Positions 47,500-56,981 of a stretch of 64,000 nucleotides of DNA are shown here, one piece after another. The position numbers were made by a program, and so were the translations under genes. Every line of letters begins with the position of its first letter. Position 1 is the first letter of the stretch. Source of the stretch: Candidatus Latescibacterota bacterium (GTDB taxonomy: Bacteria > Latescibacterota > UBA2968 > UBA8231); NCBI GenBank assembly GCA_965204725.1, contig OZ242005.1:4928001-4992000 (forward strand). Reading direction: 5' to 3'. The notes beneath the pieces are model-generated. The model searched no databases. It saw only the letters and a list, made by a program, of their open reading frames with translations, and had not been told where the DNA came from.

Positions 47500-48993
47500 A
47501 TGGGTAAACCTACCGGATTCATCGAATTTGTACGCGAGTTACCGCAAGACCGCGACCCGTTAGAGCGCGTCGCGGACTGGGACGAGTTCCACGAGCATTT
47601 TCCCGACGGACGCCTGCGCGAGCAGGGGGCGCGCTGTATGGACTGCGGCATTCCCTTTTGCCACTTGGGCGACGTTGTCAGTCCGGGCGACAAAGGCTCT
47701 GGCTGCCCGATCAACAACTTAATCCCCGAATGGAATGACTTGGTCTATCGCGGGTTGTGGCGGGAGGCGCTGGAGCGGCTGCACAAGACCAACAACTTCC
47801 CGGAGTTTACGGGCCGAGTCTGCCCGGCCCCCTGCGAGGGAGCCTGCGTGGTGGGGATCAACGCCCCGCCGGTGACGATCAAGAGCGTGGAGTGCGCCAT
47901 TGTCGATAAGGGTTTTGAGATGGGCTGGGTTGTGCCCGAGCCGCCCGACAAGCGCACCGGCAAGAAAGTCGCCATCGTTGGCTCCGGCCCCGCGGGCTTG
48001 GCCTGCGCGGCCCAACTCAATCGCGCCGGCCATTGGGTGACCGTGTACGAGCGGGCGGATCGCATCGGCGGCCTGCTGATGTACGGAATACCCAACATGA
48101 AGCTCGACAAGCAAAAGGTGGTGCAGCGCCGGGTTGACCTGATGGAGGCCGAGGGCGTCAAATTCGTCACCCGCACCGAAATTGGCGTGGATCTCCCGGC
48201 GACCCAGCTCGTGGCAGAAAACGACGCGCTAGTGCTCTGCGGCGGGGCTACCAAGCCCAACGATCTGCCGATTGAGGGGCGAGACCTGAAGGGCATCTAC
48301 TTTGCGATGGACTTTTTGCACGCCAACACCAAGAGCCTGCTCGACTCCAATCACGCGGACGGGCACTACATCTCGGCCGAGGACAAGCACGTCATCGTCA
48401 TCGGCGGCGGCGATACCGGCACCGACTGCGTCGGCACGTCCATGCGCCACCGCTGCAAGACGCTCTCGCAATTTGAGATCATGCCTCGGCCCCCGGACGA
48501 GCGTACGCCCAACAACCCTTGGCCGCAGTGGCCCAACGTCTATAAACTCGACTACGGTCAGGAGGAGGCCAAAGCTCGCTTCGGCGACGACCCGCGCACG
48601 TATCTGATTATGACCCAGCGGTTCGTCGGCGACAGCGAGGGCCACGTCAAGGAGCTACACACGGTCAATATCGAGTGGGATCAGGATGAAAACGGTCGCT
48701 TCACGCCCGTGCCGATCGAGGGCACGGAGAAGGTCTGGCCGGCCGATTTGGTGCTCTTGGCGATGGGGTTCCGCGGGCCAGAGGACGCGCCGCTCGAACA
48801 GCTAGGCGTCGAGCGCGACGAGCACTCCAACGCCCAGGCCGAGCACGAGAAATACGCCACCAGCGTCGAGGGGGTTTTCGCCGCTGGCGACATGCGGCGC
48901 GGCCAGAGCTTGGTCGTGTGGGCGATCAACGAGGGGCGGGGGGCCGCCCGCGAGGTGGACCGCTATTTGATGGGTAGCACGCAGCTACCCTGA
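47500..48993 (+). CDS. gltD: Glutamate synthase small subunit
   Basis: [55 protein letters not shown]. Confidence 0.97.
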   Translation: MGKPTGFIEFVRELPQDRDPLERVADWDEFHEHFPDGRLREQGARCMDCGIPFCHLGDVVSPGDKGSGCPINNLIPEWNDLVYRGLWREALERLHKTNNFPEFTGRVCPAPCEGACVVGINAPPVTIKSVECAIVDKGFEMGWVVPEPPDKRTGKKVAIVGSGPAGLACAAQLNRAGHWVTVYERADRIGGLLMYGIPNMKLDKQKVVQRRVDLMEAEGVKFVTRTEIGVDLPATQLVAENDALVLCGGATKPNDLPIEGRDLKGIYFAMDFLHANTKSLLDSNHADGHYISAEDKHVIVIGGGDTGTDCVGTSMRHRCKTLSQFEIMPRPPDERTPNNPWPQWPNVYKLDYGQEEAKARFGDDPRTYLIMTQRFVGDSEGHVKELHTVNIEWDQDENGRFTPVPIEGTEKVWPADLVLLAMGFRGPEDAPLEQLGVERDEHSNAQAEHEKYATSVEGVFAAGDMRRGQSLVVWAINEGRGAAREVDRYLMGSTQLP

Positions 48994-49039
48994 GCGGCGG
49001 CAGATCGGACGAAAACCCTCACTTCATTGGAAGATTGCT

Positions 49040-50566
49040 ATGACGACAACGGAGCGAATCATCAGAGGTATCAACATGCGCTCTTTACCGCCTCTTTTCA
49101 GATCTCTTGCCTTTCTCTTTCTCAGCTACGATGTCGGGATCGCGGATGCAAGGACCGGACCGGATTTCGCCGAGGCTTTCCCCGACCCGGCGGTGCTCAT
49201 TACGACCGCTGACATCGAGGAAACGCGGAAGTTGCTCCACACGGTGCAGCTCCCGGAGACAGACGCACACCACGATGCGCTGCTGAAGGCACTCGACGAT
49301 GTAGAAGCCATAGACAGTGAGCATCTCGTGCTGCTGACGGAAGCGGTCGCCATTCCGCCCCGGCTAACGGATGGCGCGATCAAGTCGATCAAGTCGATCA
49401 TCAAGGCCGTGATCGACGGCCGGGAGATCGTATATAGCCGAGGAAAAGGCGAGTTCTCGCACGTCATTGACGATCTTCTCCTCGCTGGGGCAAAGAAACT
49501 GAGTGATGTCGGCCCTCAGAGCTTCGGCCGCCTCGTAGCCGCTGCACAGACGCCGGAGACCATCGTCGCGCTGAGTGACATCCTGCTGGAGCGATCGGAC
49601 TCCGGGTCCACGAGCGACCTAGCGGCGATTCTCCAAGCGATCCCTTGGGACGGTACTCGCACGGAACTCTGCGTCGAGGTTCTGATTCCCCGCGGCCGCC
49701 TCAAGGGCGAGCGCGCCGATATTGCAATCGAGTCGATGAGTTTCGACTCAGGCCGCACGGCCCTGATCGGTGCCTTTTACCAATCACTCGACGATTTGGA
49801 CGCCGAGACCCTCCTGCGGCACGTGCGCTTGCAGAGCTTTGACAGCGGTAGGACTGATGTGGCCGAGGAAGGCGTCGCCGTGATTGACCGTATAGATGGT
49901 TCGTTGGCGGTGGCGTTGGTGCAGACAAACTCGTACGATTCGGGTCGGGAGGCCATGCTCAAGGCGTTGCTGCCGAAGCTAGACCTGCGCAACGCGGATG
50001 AGATGCTCGCATTGGTGCGGACGAACTCGTACGACTCGGGCCGGTTGGCCATGTTCAAGGCGTTGCTGCCGAAGCTGGATCGCATAGATGGTTCGTTGGC
50101 GGTGGCATTGGTGCGAATAAACTCGCACGATTCGGGTCGGAAGGCCATGCTCAAGGCATTGCTGCCGAAGCTAGACCTGCGCAACGCGGATGAGATGCTC
50201 GCATTAGTGCGGACGAACTCGTACGATTCGGGTCGGTTGGCCATGCTCAAAGTCGCGGTCGCGCTCGAATCGAAATTCCCGGCCGTGAGTGCCGACGATC
50301 TCGTCTCCTACGCCCAAGTCGGCAGCTTTGATAGTGGCCGGAACGAGATGCTGAGGGTTGTCGCGCCGCACTTCAAAGACGGGTTCACGAAGCAAAGTGC
50401 GTCGCGGTTGCTCAGGGTGTTCTCGTTTGATAGTGGCCGTTTGGATGCGGTCGAGTTGTTCCGGGAGGATCTGCAGAAGTTGTCCGAGCGAGATCGCCGC
50501 GACATTCTGCGCCAATTTTCGCGGGCATCGAGCCGCGAGGAAGCGGATGAATTGCTGCTCCAGTAG
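49040..50566 (+). CDS. Helical repeat protein with recurrent S[FYH]DSGR motifs (DUF4476-like)
   Basis: Eight S[FYH]DSGR motifs plus a degenerate WDGTR, spaced about 32-34 aa apart. Confidence 0.75.
   Translation: MTTTERIIRGINMRSLPPLFRSLAFLFLSYDVGIADARTGPDFAEAFPDPAVLITTADIEETRKLLHTVQLPETDAHHDALLKALDDVEAIDSEHLVLLTEAVAIPPRLTDGAIKSIKSIIKAVIDGREIVYSRGKGEFSHVIDDLLLAGAKKLSDVGPQSFGRLVAAAQTPETIVALSDILLERSDSGSTSDLAAILQAIPWDGTRTELCVEVLIPRGRLKGERADIAIESMSFDSGRTALIGAFYQSLDDLDAETLLRHVRLQSFDSGRTDVAEEGVAVIDRIDGSLAVALVQTNSYDSGREAMLKALLPKLDLRNADEMLALVRTNSYDSGRLAMFKALLPKLDRIDGSLAVALVRINSHDSGRKAMLKALLPKLDLRNADEMLALVRTNSYDSGRLAMLKVAVALESKFPAVSADDLVSYAQVGSFDSGRNEMLRVVAPHFKDGFTKQSASRLLRVFSFDSGRLDAVELFREDLQKLSERDRRDILRQFSRASSREEADELLLQ
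49892..50251 (+). repeat. 192-bp tandem intragenic duplication
   Basis: ATAGATGGTTCGTTGGCGGTGGC... starts at both 49892 and 50084; near-identical 64-aa units. Confidence 0.9.
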
Positions 50567-50613
50567 CCCTGCTCGCGCCGTTTGCTAACCGACACCAGAC
50601 ACCAGCCTCCCAA

Positions 50614-50640
50614 GGATCGAGGGCGGAACGCCCTCGATCC
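50614..50640. other. Perfect 12-bp hairpin (no U-tract) downstream of the repeat-protein gene
   Basis: GGATCGAGGGCG-GAA-CGCCCTCGATCC. Confidence 0.7.
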
Positions 50641-50855
50641 CAGACGCAACGGCAACTTGCAGGCGGGTGGGTGGTGTATAGCAGTCCTAAATGACTCAAA
50701 AGCATGGAATGTTGATCGGCGCGGTCTTTTTTGTCGATAGTTAGTGGACATAGGCAATTAGTCCGCTGATGAGATTAACCCTAAAATTGGTCGGGCTTGT
50801 TAATAAAGTGCCCATTTATCGGCCCGCAAAAACGCTCATCGCACAGGTAAAAATC

Positions 50856-51905
50856 ATGGAAAAACCCAATGTCGTCGTCATCGGCTATGGCTTTGCTGGC
50901 CGCTGCTTTCACGCCTATCTCGTGGGGCTGGCCAGCGGTCTGAACCTCTACGGCATCGCCACCAGCCGGCCGCAAGCGCGCGAGCAGATTCAGCGCGACT
51001 TGGGGATAAAGACCTTCCGCCACTTCGACGAAGTGCTAGCCGACCCAGCCGTCGATCTAGTCGTCCTCGCCACGCCCAACGACCTCCACGCCCCCCACGC
51101 AATCCAAGCACTCGCCGCCGGCAAACACGTCGTCACCGACAAGCCCATGTGTCTAAGCATGGCCGAGGCCGACCGAATGATCGCCGCCAGCCAAGCGCAC
51201 GACCGCTTGCTCAGCGTCTTTCACAACCGCCGCTGGGATGGCGATTTCCTCGCGGTTAAAGACGCGCTAGCCCAAGGGCTGCTCGGCGATCCTTTTTTGC
51301 TGGAGTTGTTCTGGGGGAAGTACGGCCCCCCGCGCGGCTGGCGCAGCATAGCGCGGCACGGCGGCGGTAAATTCTTCGATTTAGGCGCGCATCTGGTCGA
51401 TCAAGCTCTCCAGCTTATTGACGCGCCCCTCACAAAGGTGTACGCCACCTTCCACGCCGGCGACCCGCTCAGCATCGACGTCGAGTCCCACGCGCTGGCC
51501 GTGCTCCACTTTGCCAACGGCGTCGAAGCGCGTGTGGAGACCTCGTCGCTGGCGCACAAAGCCAAACCGCGCTGGTATGTGCTGGGCACGGAAGGCGCGC
51601 TGGTCAAAGAGGGCGTTGACCCGCAGGAAAAGGCCATGATCGCCGGCGATATAGACGCGGCCGAGGAAGCACCCGAGCACTACGCCCGCCTCTATCGGCC
51701 CGTGGCGGGGCGACCGGCAGAAACCATCATTGAGACCGCGCCCGGTCGCTGGCGTTCCTACTACGAAAACATCGCCGACGCGCTCGCCGGCCGCGCCGGG
51801 CTGGCCGTCACCGCCCAGAGCGTGCGGCAGACCATGGTCGCCATGGAGGCCGCCCGGCTCTCCGCCGCCCAGCAGCGGCCCGTAGCGCCGGAGGAAGTCG
51901 GGTGA
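50856..51905 (+). CDS. Gfo/Idh/MocA oxidoreductase (YdgJ/IolW-like)
   Basis: IGYGFAG..FH, GKHVVTDKP, FHNRRWDGDF, DLGAHLVDQ. Confidence 0.92.
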   Translation: MEKPNVVVIGYGFAGRCFHAYLVGLASGLNLYGIATSRPQAREQIQRDLGIKTFRHFDEVLADPAVDLVVLATPNDLHAPHAIQALAAGKHVVTDKPMCLSMAEADRMIAASQAHDRLLSVFHNRRWDGDFLAVKDALAQGLLGDPFLLELFWGKYGPPRGWRSIARHGGGKFFDLGAHLVDQALQLIDAPLTKVYATFHAGDPLSIDVESHALAVLHFANGVEARVETSSLAHKAKPRWYVLGTEGALVKEGVDPQEKAMIAGDIDAAEEAPEHYARLYRPVAGRPAETIIETAPGRWRSYYENIADALAGRAGLAVTAQSVRQTMVAMEAARLSAAQQRPVAPEEVG

Positions 51906-52492
51906 AGCTCCAGCCGGGTAACTACGGCAAGGAGACCAGCTTTGCGGTCCGCACATTCGACGCTGCGATCCCCCTCGACGAATACGCGCGCCTGCCCAAA
52001 CACCCGCTCTATCTGGTGCTCGACAATTTGCGGAGTGCCTTCAATGTCGGCTCGATTTTCCGCACGGCCGACGCGGGCCGTCTCAGCGGCATCTACACCT
52101 GTGGCTACACGGCCCACCCGCCTCACCCCAAGCTCGACAAGACGGCATTGGGCACCCTCTCGTACATAGAGACCCGCCACTTCGCCACCACGCTCCAAGC
52201 CATTGAGCACTTGCACGCTCGTCGAGTGCCGGTTTGGGCGCTGGAGACCACATCGCAAAGCCGCCTCTACACCGAGCTAGACTATCCGCGCCCCTTGGCC
52301 CTCATCGTGGGCAACGAAGCCCTCGGCGTGAGCGGTGCCGCCCTCGAGCGGTGCGACGAGTTGGTCGAGATTCCCATGTACGGCTACAAAAACAGCCTCA
52401 ATGTCGCCGCGGCCAGTGCCGTCCTCGTCTTTGAGGTTCTGCGCCAATGGCAGGCCGTCGGCCCCACCTGCCAGCCCACCGCCCATGCCTGA
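51902..52492 (+). CDS. TrmH/SpoU-family RNA methyltransferase
   Basis: LDNLRS.FNVGSIFRTAD, GNE..GV, IPM.G.KNSLNV. Confidence 0.92.
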   Translation: MKLQPGNYGKETSFAVRTFDAAIPLDEYARLPKHPLYLVLDNLRSAFNVGSIFRTADAGRLSGIYTCGYTAHPPHPKLDKTALGTLSYIETRHFATTLQAIEHLHARRVPVWALETTSQSRLYTELDYPRPLALIVGNEALGVSGAALERCDELVEIPMYGYKNSLNVAAASAVLVFEVLRQWQAVGPTCQPTAHA

Positions 52493-54317
52493 AGCCTCCC
52501 CGAAGACTCGGGGGCCAGCCGCCCGCTTGATCCGCGACTGGCTCGGCTTTGAGTTCGTCTCCCGCATCTATCTCTACAGCGCGCTCATCGGCCTGATTTC
52601 TGGCTTGGGGGCCGTGTTGTTTACCTACGGCCTCGCGCTGGCCAAGTTCCTGCTCGTCGAGAAGTTGGCTGGCTACCGCCAGAGCCATCCCCACAACAAG
52701 GTGCCATTTGACTTCTCCTTTTTCGACGCGCCCACGTACGGCGAGTTTTTGTGGCTGCTGCTGTTGCTGCCGGCACTGGGGGGCCTGCTCAGCGGCTACC
52801 TGACGCACCGCTTCGCGCCCGAAGCGCAAGGCGCGGGCACCGACGCCATGATCGACGCCTTCCACAACCAGCGCGGGCACATTCGCCCTATCGTCGCTCC
52901 GGTCAAGGCCCTAGCGACCATCATCACGCTCGCCTCCGGGGGGGCTGCCGGTCAACAAGGTCCGTTGGTGCATATTGGCGCGGGCTTAGGCTCTTGGGTC
53001 GGCGACAAACTCAAGCTCTCGGTTGCCCAGCGGCGAATTTTGTTGCTGGCGGGCACGGCCGGCGGGCTAGGCGCGATTTTCCGCGCCCCCCTCGGTGCTG
53101 CGATCGCCAGCGTGGAAGTACTCTACCGCGAAGACTTTGAAAGCGACGCGCTCATCCCCTGCGTCATCAGCTCCTTCGTGGCCTACGCTCTCTACATAGC
53201 CGTTTTTGGCTTCTCGCATATTTTCGCCCTGCCCGACCTGCTGTTCACCGATGTGCGCGAGTTGGTCTTTTATCTAGTACTGGGGTTTTTCTGCGCCGTG
53301 GTCGGCATTTTTTACGTCAAGGCCCTGCGCCTGGCGCGCACCCTCTTCGACCGCCTGCCCGTACCCCGCTACTGGACCGTCTGCGGCGGCGGCTTGCTGG
53401 TGGGACTGGTGGCCTGGGTGGATCCGCAAGTGCTGGGCGATGGGTTTGGCGTCATCCAGCAAGGGCTCGACGGCGAACTCGGCATCCGCGCCTTCCTAGT
53501 GCTCGCCCTGCTCAAGATCCTTGCCTCTAGCTGCACGGTCTCCAGCGGCGGCTCGGGCGGGGTCTTTGGTCCTTCGCTCTTCATCGGCGGGATGCTCGGC
53601 GGCACGGTGGGCCTGCTGAGCCAGCAGTACTTTCCCCACATCGTCCACCAACCGGCAGCTTATATCGTGGTGGGCATGGCCTCGTTCTTCGGGGCGGTGG
53701 CCAATACGCCGCTAGCGGCCCTGATTCTCATCATCGAAATGAGTGGCTCCTACCACCTGCTGCCGCCGCTGATGGTCGTCAGTGCCCTCGCGCTGATTTT
53801 CGCGCGCAACGTTTCCATCTACCAAAACCAAGTCCAAAACAAGTTCCACTCTCCGGCTCATATCAAAGACTTAACCGTCAATGTGCTGCACAATCTCCAA
53901 GTCCGCGGCGTATTTCCGCGCCTCAAAAACACCTCCGAGGCCATCGTCAGCAATCGGCTTTCCTACTTTTCCCTGAGCACCTTGAGCAAGAAACTCGGCC
54001 ACCTGCACTTTGTCGTCACCGACGACCGCGGCGGCTTGCGCGGCATGATCAGCCTTGAAGACCTCGACCTGCCCGACGACGAGATGCTGCGCAACCTAGT
54101 CCTTATTGAGGACATGGTCGTCGATGACGTCCGGCCCATAGACGCGGAGGACAACCTGCACGAGGCCCTGCAAAAATTGCTCGATTCTGGCTACGACAAG
54201 CTGCCCGTGGTGCAAACCACAGACGAGGGGGAAGGCGCGTTTTGGGGGTATCTGATGTACTCAGATTTGATGCGAGTGTACCACGAGGAGGTCATTCGGT
54301 TGGAGGATCAAGATTGA
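52485..54317 (+). CDS. ClC-family chloride channel/transporter with CBS domains
   Basis: GAGTD, GQQGP, FRAPLG, GSGGVFGP.LFIG, A.TPL, SIY; C-terminal CBS pair. Confidence 0.92.
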   Translation: MPEASPKTRGPAARLIRDWLGFEFVSRIYLYSALIGLISGLGAVLFTYGLALAKFLLVEKLAGYRQSHPHNKVPFDFSFFDAPTYGEFLWLLLLLPALGGLLSGYLTHRFAPEAQGAGTDAMIDAFHNQRGHIRPIVAPVKALATIITLASGGAAGQQGPLVHIGAGLGSWVGDKLKLSVAQRRILLLAGTAGGLGAIFRAPLGAAIASVEVLYREDFESDALIPCVISSFVAYALYIAVFGFSHIFALPDLLFTDVRELVFYLVLGFFCAVVGIFYVKALRLARTLFDRLPVPRYWTVCGGGLLVGLVAWVDPQVLGDGFGVIQQGLDGELGIRAFLVLALLKILASSCTVSSGGSGGVFGPSLFIGGMLGGTVGLLSQQYFPHIVHQPAAYIVVGMASFFGAVANTPLAALILIIEMSGSYHLLPPLMVVSALALIFARNVSIYQNQVQNKFHSPAHIKDLTVNVLHNLQVRGVFPRLKNTSEAIVSNRLSYFSLSTLSKKLGHLHFVVTDDRGGLRGMISLEDLDLPDDEMLRNLVLIEDMVVDDVRPIDAEDNLHEALQKLLDSGYDKLPVVQTTDEGEGAFWGYLMYSDLMRVYHEEVIRLEDQD

Positions 54318-55515
54318 GGGCCTCGCTCGCGCCCGCTCGGTAGGGCGCGTGTAGATAGGCCTGCGCCCGTTGGTGGCTGTCCGCGTGGTCGGGCAAGCGT
54401 CGCACCCGCTGGTAGCGAAGAATTGCCTCCTCGCGGCGGCCCGCTAGATCGTGTATTTGACCGAGCAACAGGTTGGCCAGCACGGCAAAAGCTAGGTCCC
54501 GCTCGCGCTCGGAACCGGCCGCGAGGCTGTCGGTCGCCGCGAGGTGGTCGGCGGCTTGGGGATAGCGCCGCCCGAAATAGGCGTATTTGCCCAAGTAGTA
54601 ACGCGCCTCCAAGCGACCGTGGCGGTGATAGCCGGTCTGGCCGGCCAAGCCGCGCCGCACGTATTCTTCGTACAAAGCCACCCCCGACCGCCAGCGGCCC
54701 AGTTCGACCATGAGCCGGGCGGAGTAGCGATGGAAAATCGCGTTGTCGGGATAGCGGGCGTAGAGTTCCTCAAAATAGGACAGGGCCCTGCGGTTGTCCT
54801 CTTCAAAAATTCGGTAGATCTGGCCTAGGAAATAAGCGGCCTCGACGCGAGCGTAGGCCCCCTCGCGGGCGACTTCTTTGAGTTGCTGAAGACCGAGCAA
54901 GCGATCGCCATCGGGCAAAAAGGCCATAATCGGACGGAGAATCCGGTGGCGTTGGGGCATGACCTCGGCGAAGTAGTGATACAGGCCCTGCCCAAAGAGG
55001 ATGTCCTTGTTCGTCGGCTCGAGCTGACGGCTCTTCTTGAGGAGGGGCAGACAGCGCAATCCGTCGTGCGCCGACCGGACGTACTGCTTGCGGTCGCCGC
55101 GCAGGCGGCCCCGGAAACCGATGGCCCCGCCTTTGAAGAGAATCGCGTCGAAATCCATCGGGTCTTTTTTTAGACGCCGGTCGCAGACCTCAATGCACTG
55201 CTGGAGCCGGTCGTAGAACTCTGCGTCGTGGGTTTTGTCGGCTAGGTCTATGAGGATCCGCCACCAAGAGACCATCGTGCGAAAGAAGTAGCCGAGGGGG
55301 TTGTCCGGCTCGGCTGCGACGATGGCCTGAAAGTGGCGCTCGGCCTCCTCAAAGCGCAGATTGTAAATCAGATCGATACCCTGCTGGATGCGCGCATCAA
55401 AGCCGCGCATCGTGTAGGCATCCTCGCTCCAAGCGGGCAAGGCCAGTGCCCAGCAGAGCAAAACCGCGCTTATGAGATGGAGTACATTCAAGGGACAAAC
55501 CTCGGCGCTCAACAT
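54292..55515 (-). CDS. Exported TPR-repeat protein
   Basis: N-terminal hydrophobic signal; TPR-like A..YF..L...YPDN and EA.Y.LG motifs. Confidence 0.8.
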   Translation of the reverse strand: MLSAEVCPLNVLHLISAVLLCWALALPAWSEDAYTMRGFDARIQQGIDLIYNLRFEEAERHFQAIVAAEPDNPLGYFFRTMVSWWRILIDLADKTHDAEFYDRLQQCIEVCDRRLKKDPMDFDAILFKGGAIGFRGRLRGDRKQYVRSAHDGLRCLPLLKKSRQLEPTNKDILFGQGLYHYFAEVMPQRHRILRPIMAFLPDGDRLLGLQQLKEVAREGAYARVEAAYFLGQIYRIFEEDNRRALSYFEELYARYPDNAIFHRYSARLMVELGRWRSGVALYEEYVRRGLAGQTGYHRHGRLEARYYLGKYAYFGRRYPQAADHLAATDSLAAGSERERDLAFAVLANLLLGQIHDLAGRREEAILRYQRVRRLPDHADSHQRAQAYLHAPYRAGASEALNLDPPTE

Positions 55516-55548
55516 TAAAACAAATCAACAGTAGGGCAAAAACGAACT

Positions 55549-56928
55549 ATGGCAACTGTGCAATGCGACATCGCGGTCATCGGCGGGGGCTCGGCCGGGT
55601 ACGCTGCGGCGCGCACGGCCCATGCGGCCGGCGCGCAGGTCGCGGTTATCGACCAAGGTCCTTGGGGGGGGCTGTGCATTCTGCGCGGCTGTATGCCGAG
55701 CAAGGCGGTCCTGCGCTCGGCCGAAATAGCCTCGTACCTAAGACGCGCCCCCGAGTTCGGCTTAGCACCGGTGCAAGTCCGCGTTGATTTAGCGGCCATC
55801 GTTGAGCGCAAGGCGCGGCTGGTCGCCGACTTTGCCGCCTATCGCCGCGAGCAACTCAGCGACGGCCGCTTCGCGCTCTACCAAGCGCGTGCCCGCTTCC
55901 TCTCGCCCCAGACGCTCCAAGCCGGTGACGACATCATTGAAGCCAGGCATTTTATTATTGCCACCGGCTCTACGCCCCACCGCGTCCCGGTCCCGGGGCT
56001 GGCCCACGTGGGCTACCTCACCAGCGACGAGGCCCTCGATCTGGGCCAGCAGCCCGAGAGCCTCCTCGTCCTCGGCGGCGGCCCCATTGCCGTCGAGCTG
56101 GCCCAGTTCTTTCAGCGCATTGGCACCGAGGTAACGCTCATCCAGCGCAGCGACCACATTCTCTCGGCCAGCGACGAGGACTTGGCGCGGCCAGTTGAAG
56201 CGCGCTTCCGTGCGGAGGGAATGGCGGTGTACACCGGCACTCAACTGCGCCAATTCACCGAGCAAAACGGGCGTAAGGTTGCGCATTTTTCCCAAGGCGG
56301 CGCGGAAAAAACGGCCTCTGCGGCCCTCGTCCTCCAAGCCCTCGGCCGCCGGCCGCACATCGACGGGTTGGGGCTAGAGCGAGCCGGCGTTGAGGTCGCC
56401 CGCGGGTGCATTGTCGTTGATGCGGCCATGCGCACCAGCCAGCCTCACATCTACGCGGTCGGCGACGTCAACGGCGAGCACGAGGTCGTTCACATCGCCA
56501 TTGAGCAAGGCGAGATCGCCGCGTACAATGCCACGCACCCAGACCGCCCCGAGCACCGCTTCGACGACCGCCTCAACGCGCTGGTCGTGTTTACCGATCC
56601 ACAGGTGGCCAGCGTCGGCCTCAGCGAGCGGGATTGCCGCGCTGCGGGCCGGCCCTATTTGGTCGCCCGCTATCCTTTTGACGACCACGGCAAGTCCCTG
56701 ACGATGGGCGAGACCTGTGGTCACGCAAAAATTCTCTGCGACCCGCGCTCGGGCGAAGTGCTCGGCGGTCACATTGTCGGCCCGGAGGCCGGCGAGCTGA
56801 TCCACGAGTTGATCGCGGTGATGTACTTTCGCGGTACGGTGCAGGATTTGGCTAAAATCCCCCATTACCACCCGACCTTGGCGGAGATTCTCACCTATCC
56901 GGCGGAAGAATTGGCAGAGCAGTTGTAG
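55549..56928 (+). CDS. Dihydrolipoamide-dehydrogenase-family pyridine nucleotide-disulfide oxidoreductase
   Basis: GGGSAG, GGLCILRGCMPSK, GGGPIAVE, VFTDP, HPTLAE; no C-terminal CC, so not MerA. Confidence 0.9.
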   Translation: MATVQCDIAVIGGGSAGYAAARTAHAAGAQVAVIDQGPWGGLCILRGCMPSKAVLRSAEIASYLRRAPEFGLAPVQVRVDLAAIVERKARLVADFAAYRREQLSDGRFALYQARARFLSPQTLQAGDDIIEARHFIIATGSTPHRVPVPGLAHVGYLTSDEALDLGQQPESLLVLGGGPIAVELAQFFQRIGTEVTLIQRSDHILSASDEDLARPVEARFRAEGMAVYTGTQLRQFTEQNGRKVAHFSQGGAEKTASAALVLQALGRRPHIDGLGLERAGVEVARGCIVVDAAMRTSQPHIYAVGDVNGEHEVVHIAIEQGEIAAYNATHPDRPEHRFDDRLNALVVFTDPQVASVGLSERDCRAAGRPYLVARYPFDDHGKSLTMGETCGHAKILCDPRSGEVLGGHIVGPEAGELIHELIAVMYFRGTVQDLAKIPHYHPTLAEILTYPAEELAEQL

Positions 56929-56981
56929 CTAGGGCTCCCACGATGGACGGCCCTACATTAGACCCGAACTTAGGAGATTTC

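Noticed and set aside
50741-50800. Canonical hammerhead ribozyme (CUGAUGAG)
   Set aside because: GAAA is absent (GGGC instead) and there is no properly placed NUH; kept only as a generic structured-RNA candidate.
55549-56928. Mercuric reductase MerA
   Set aside because: No C-terminal Cys-Cys, no NmerA domain, no mer genes nearby.
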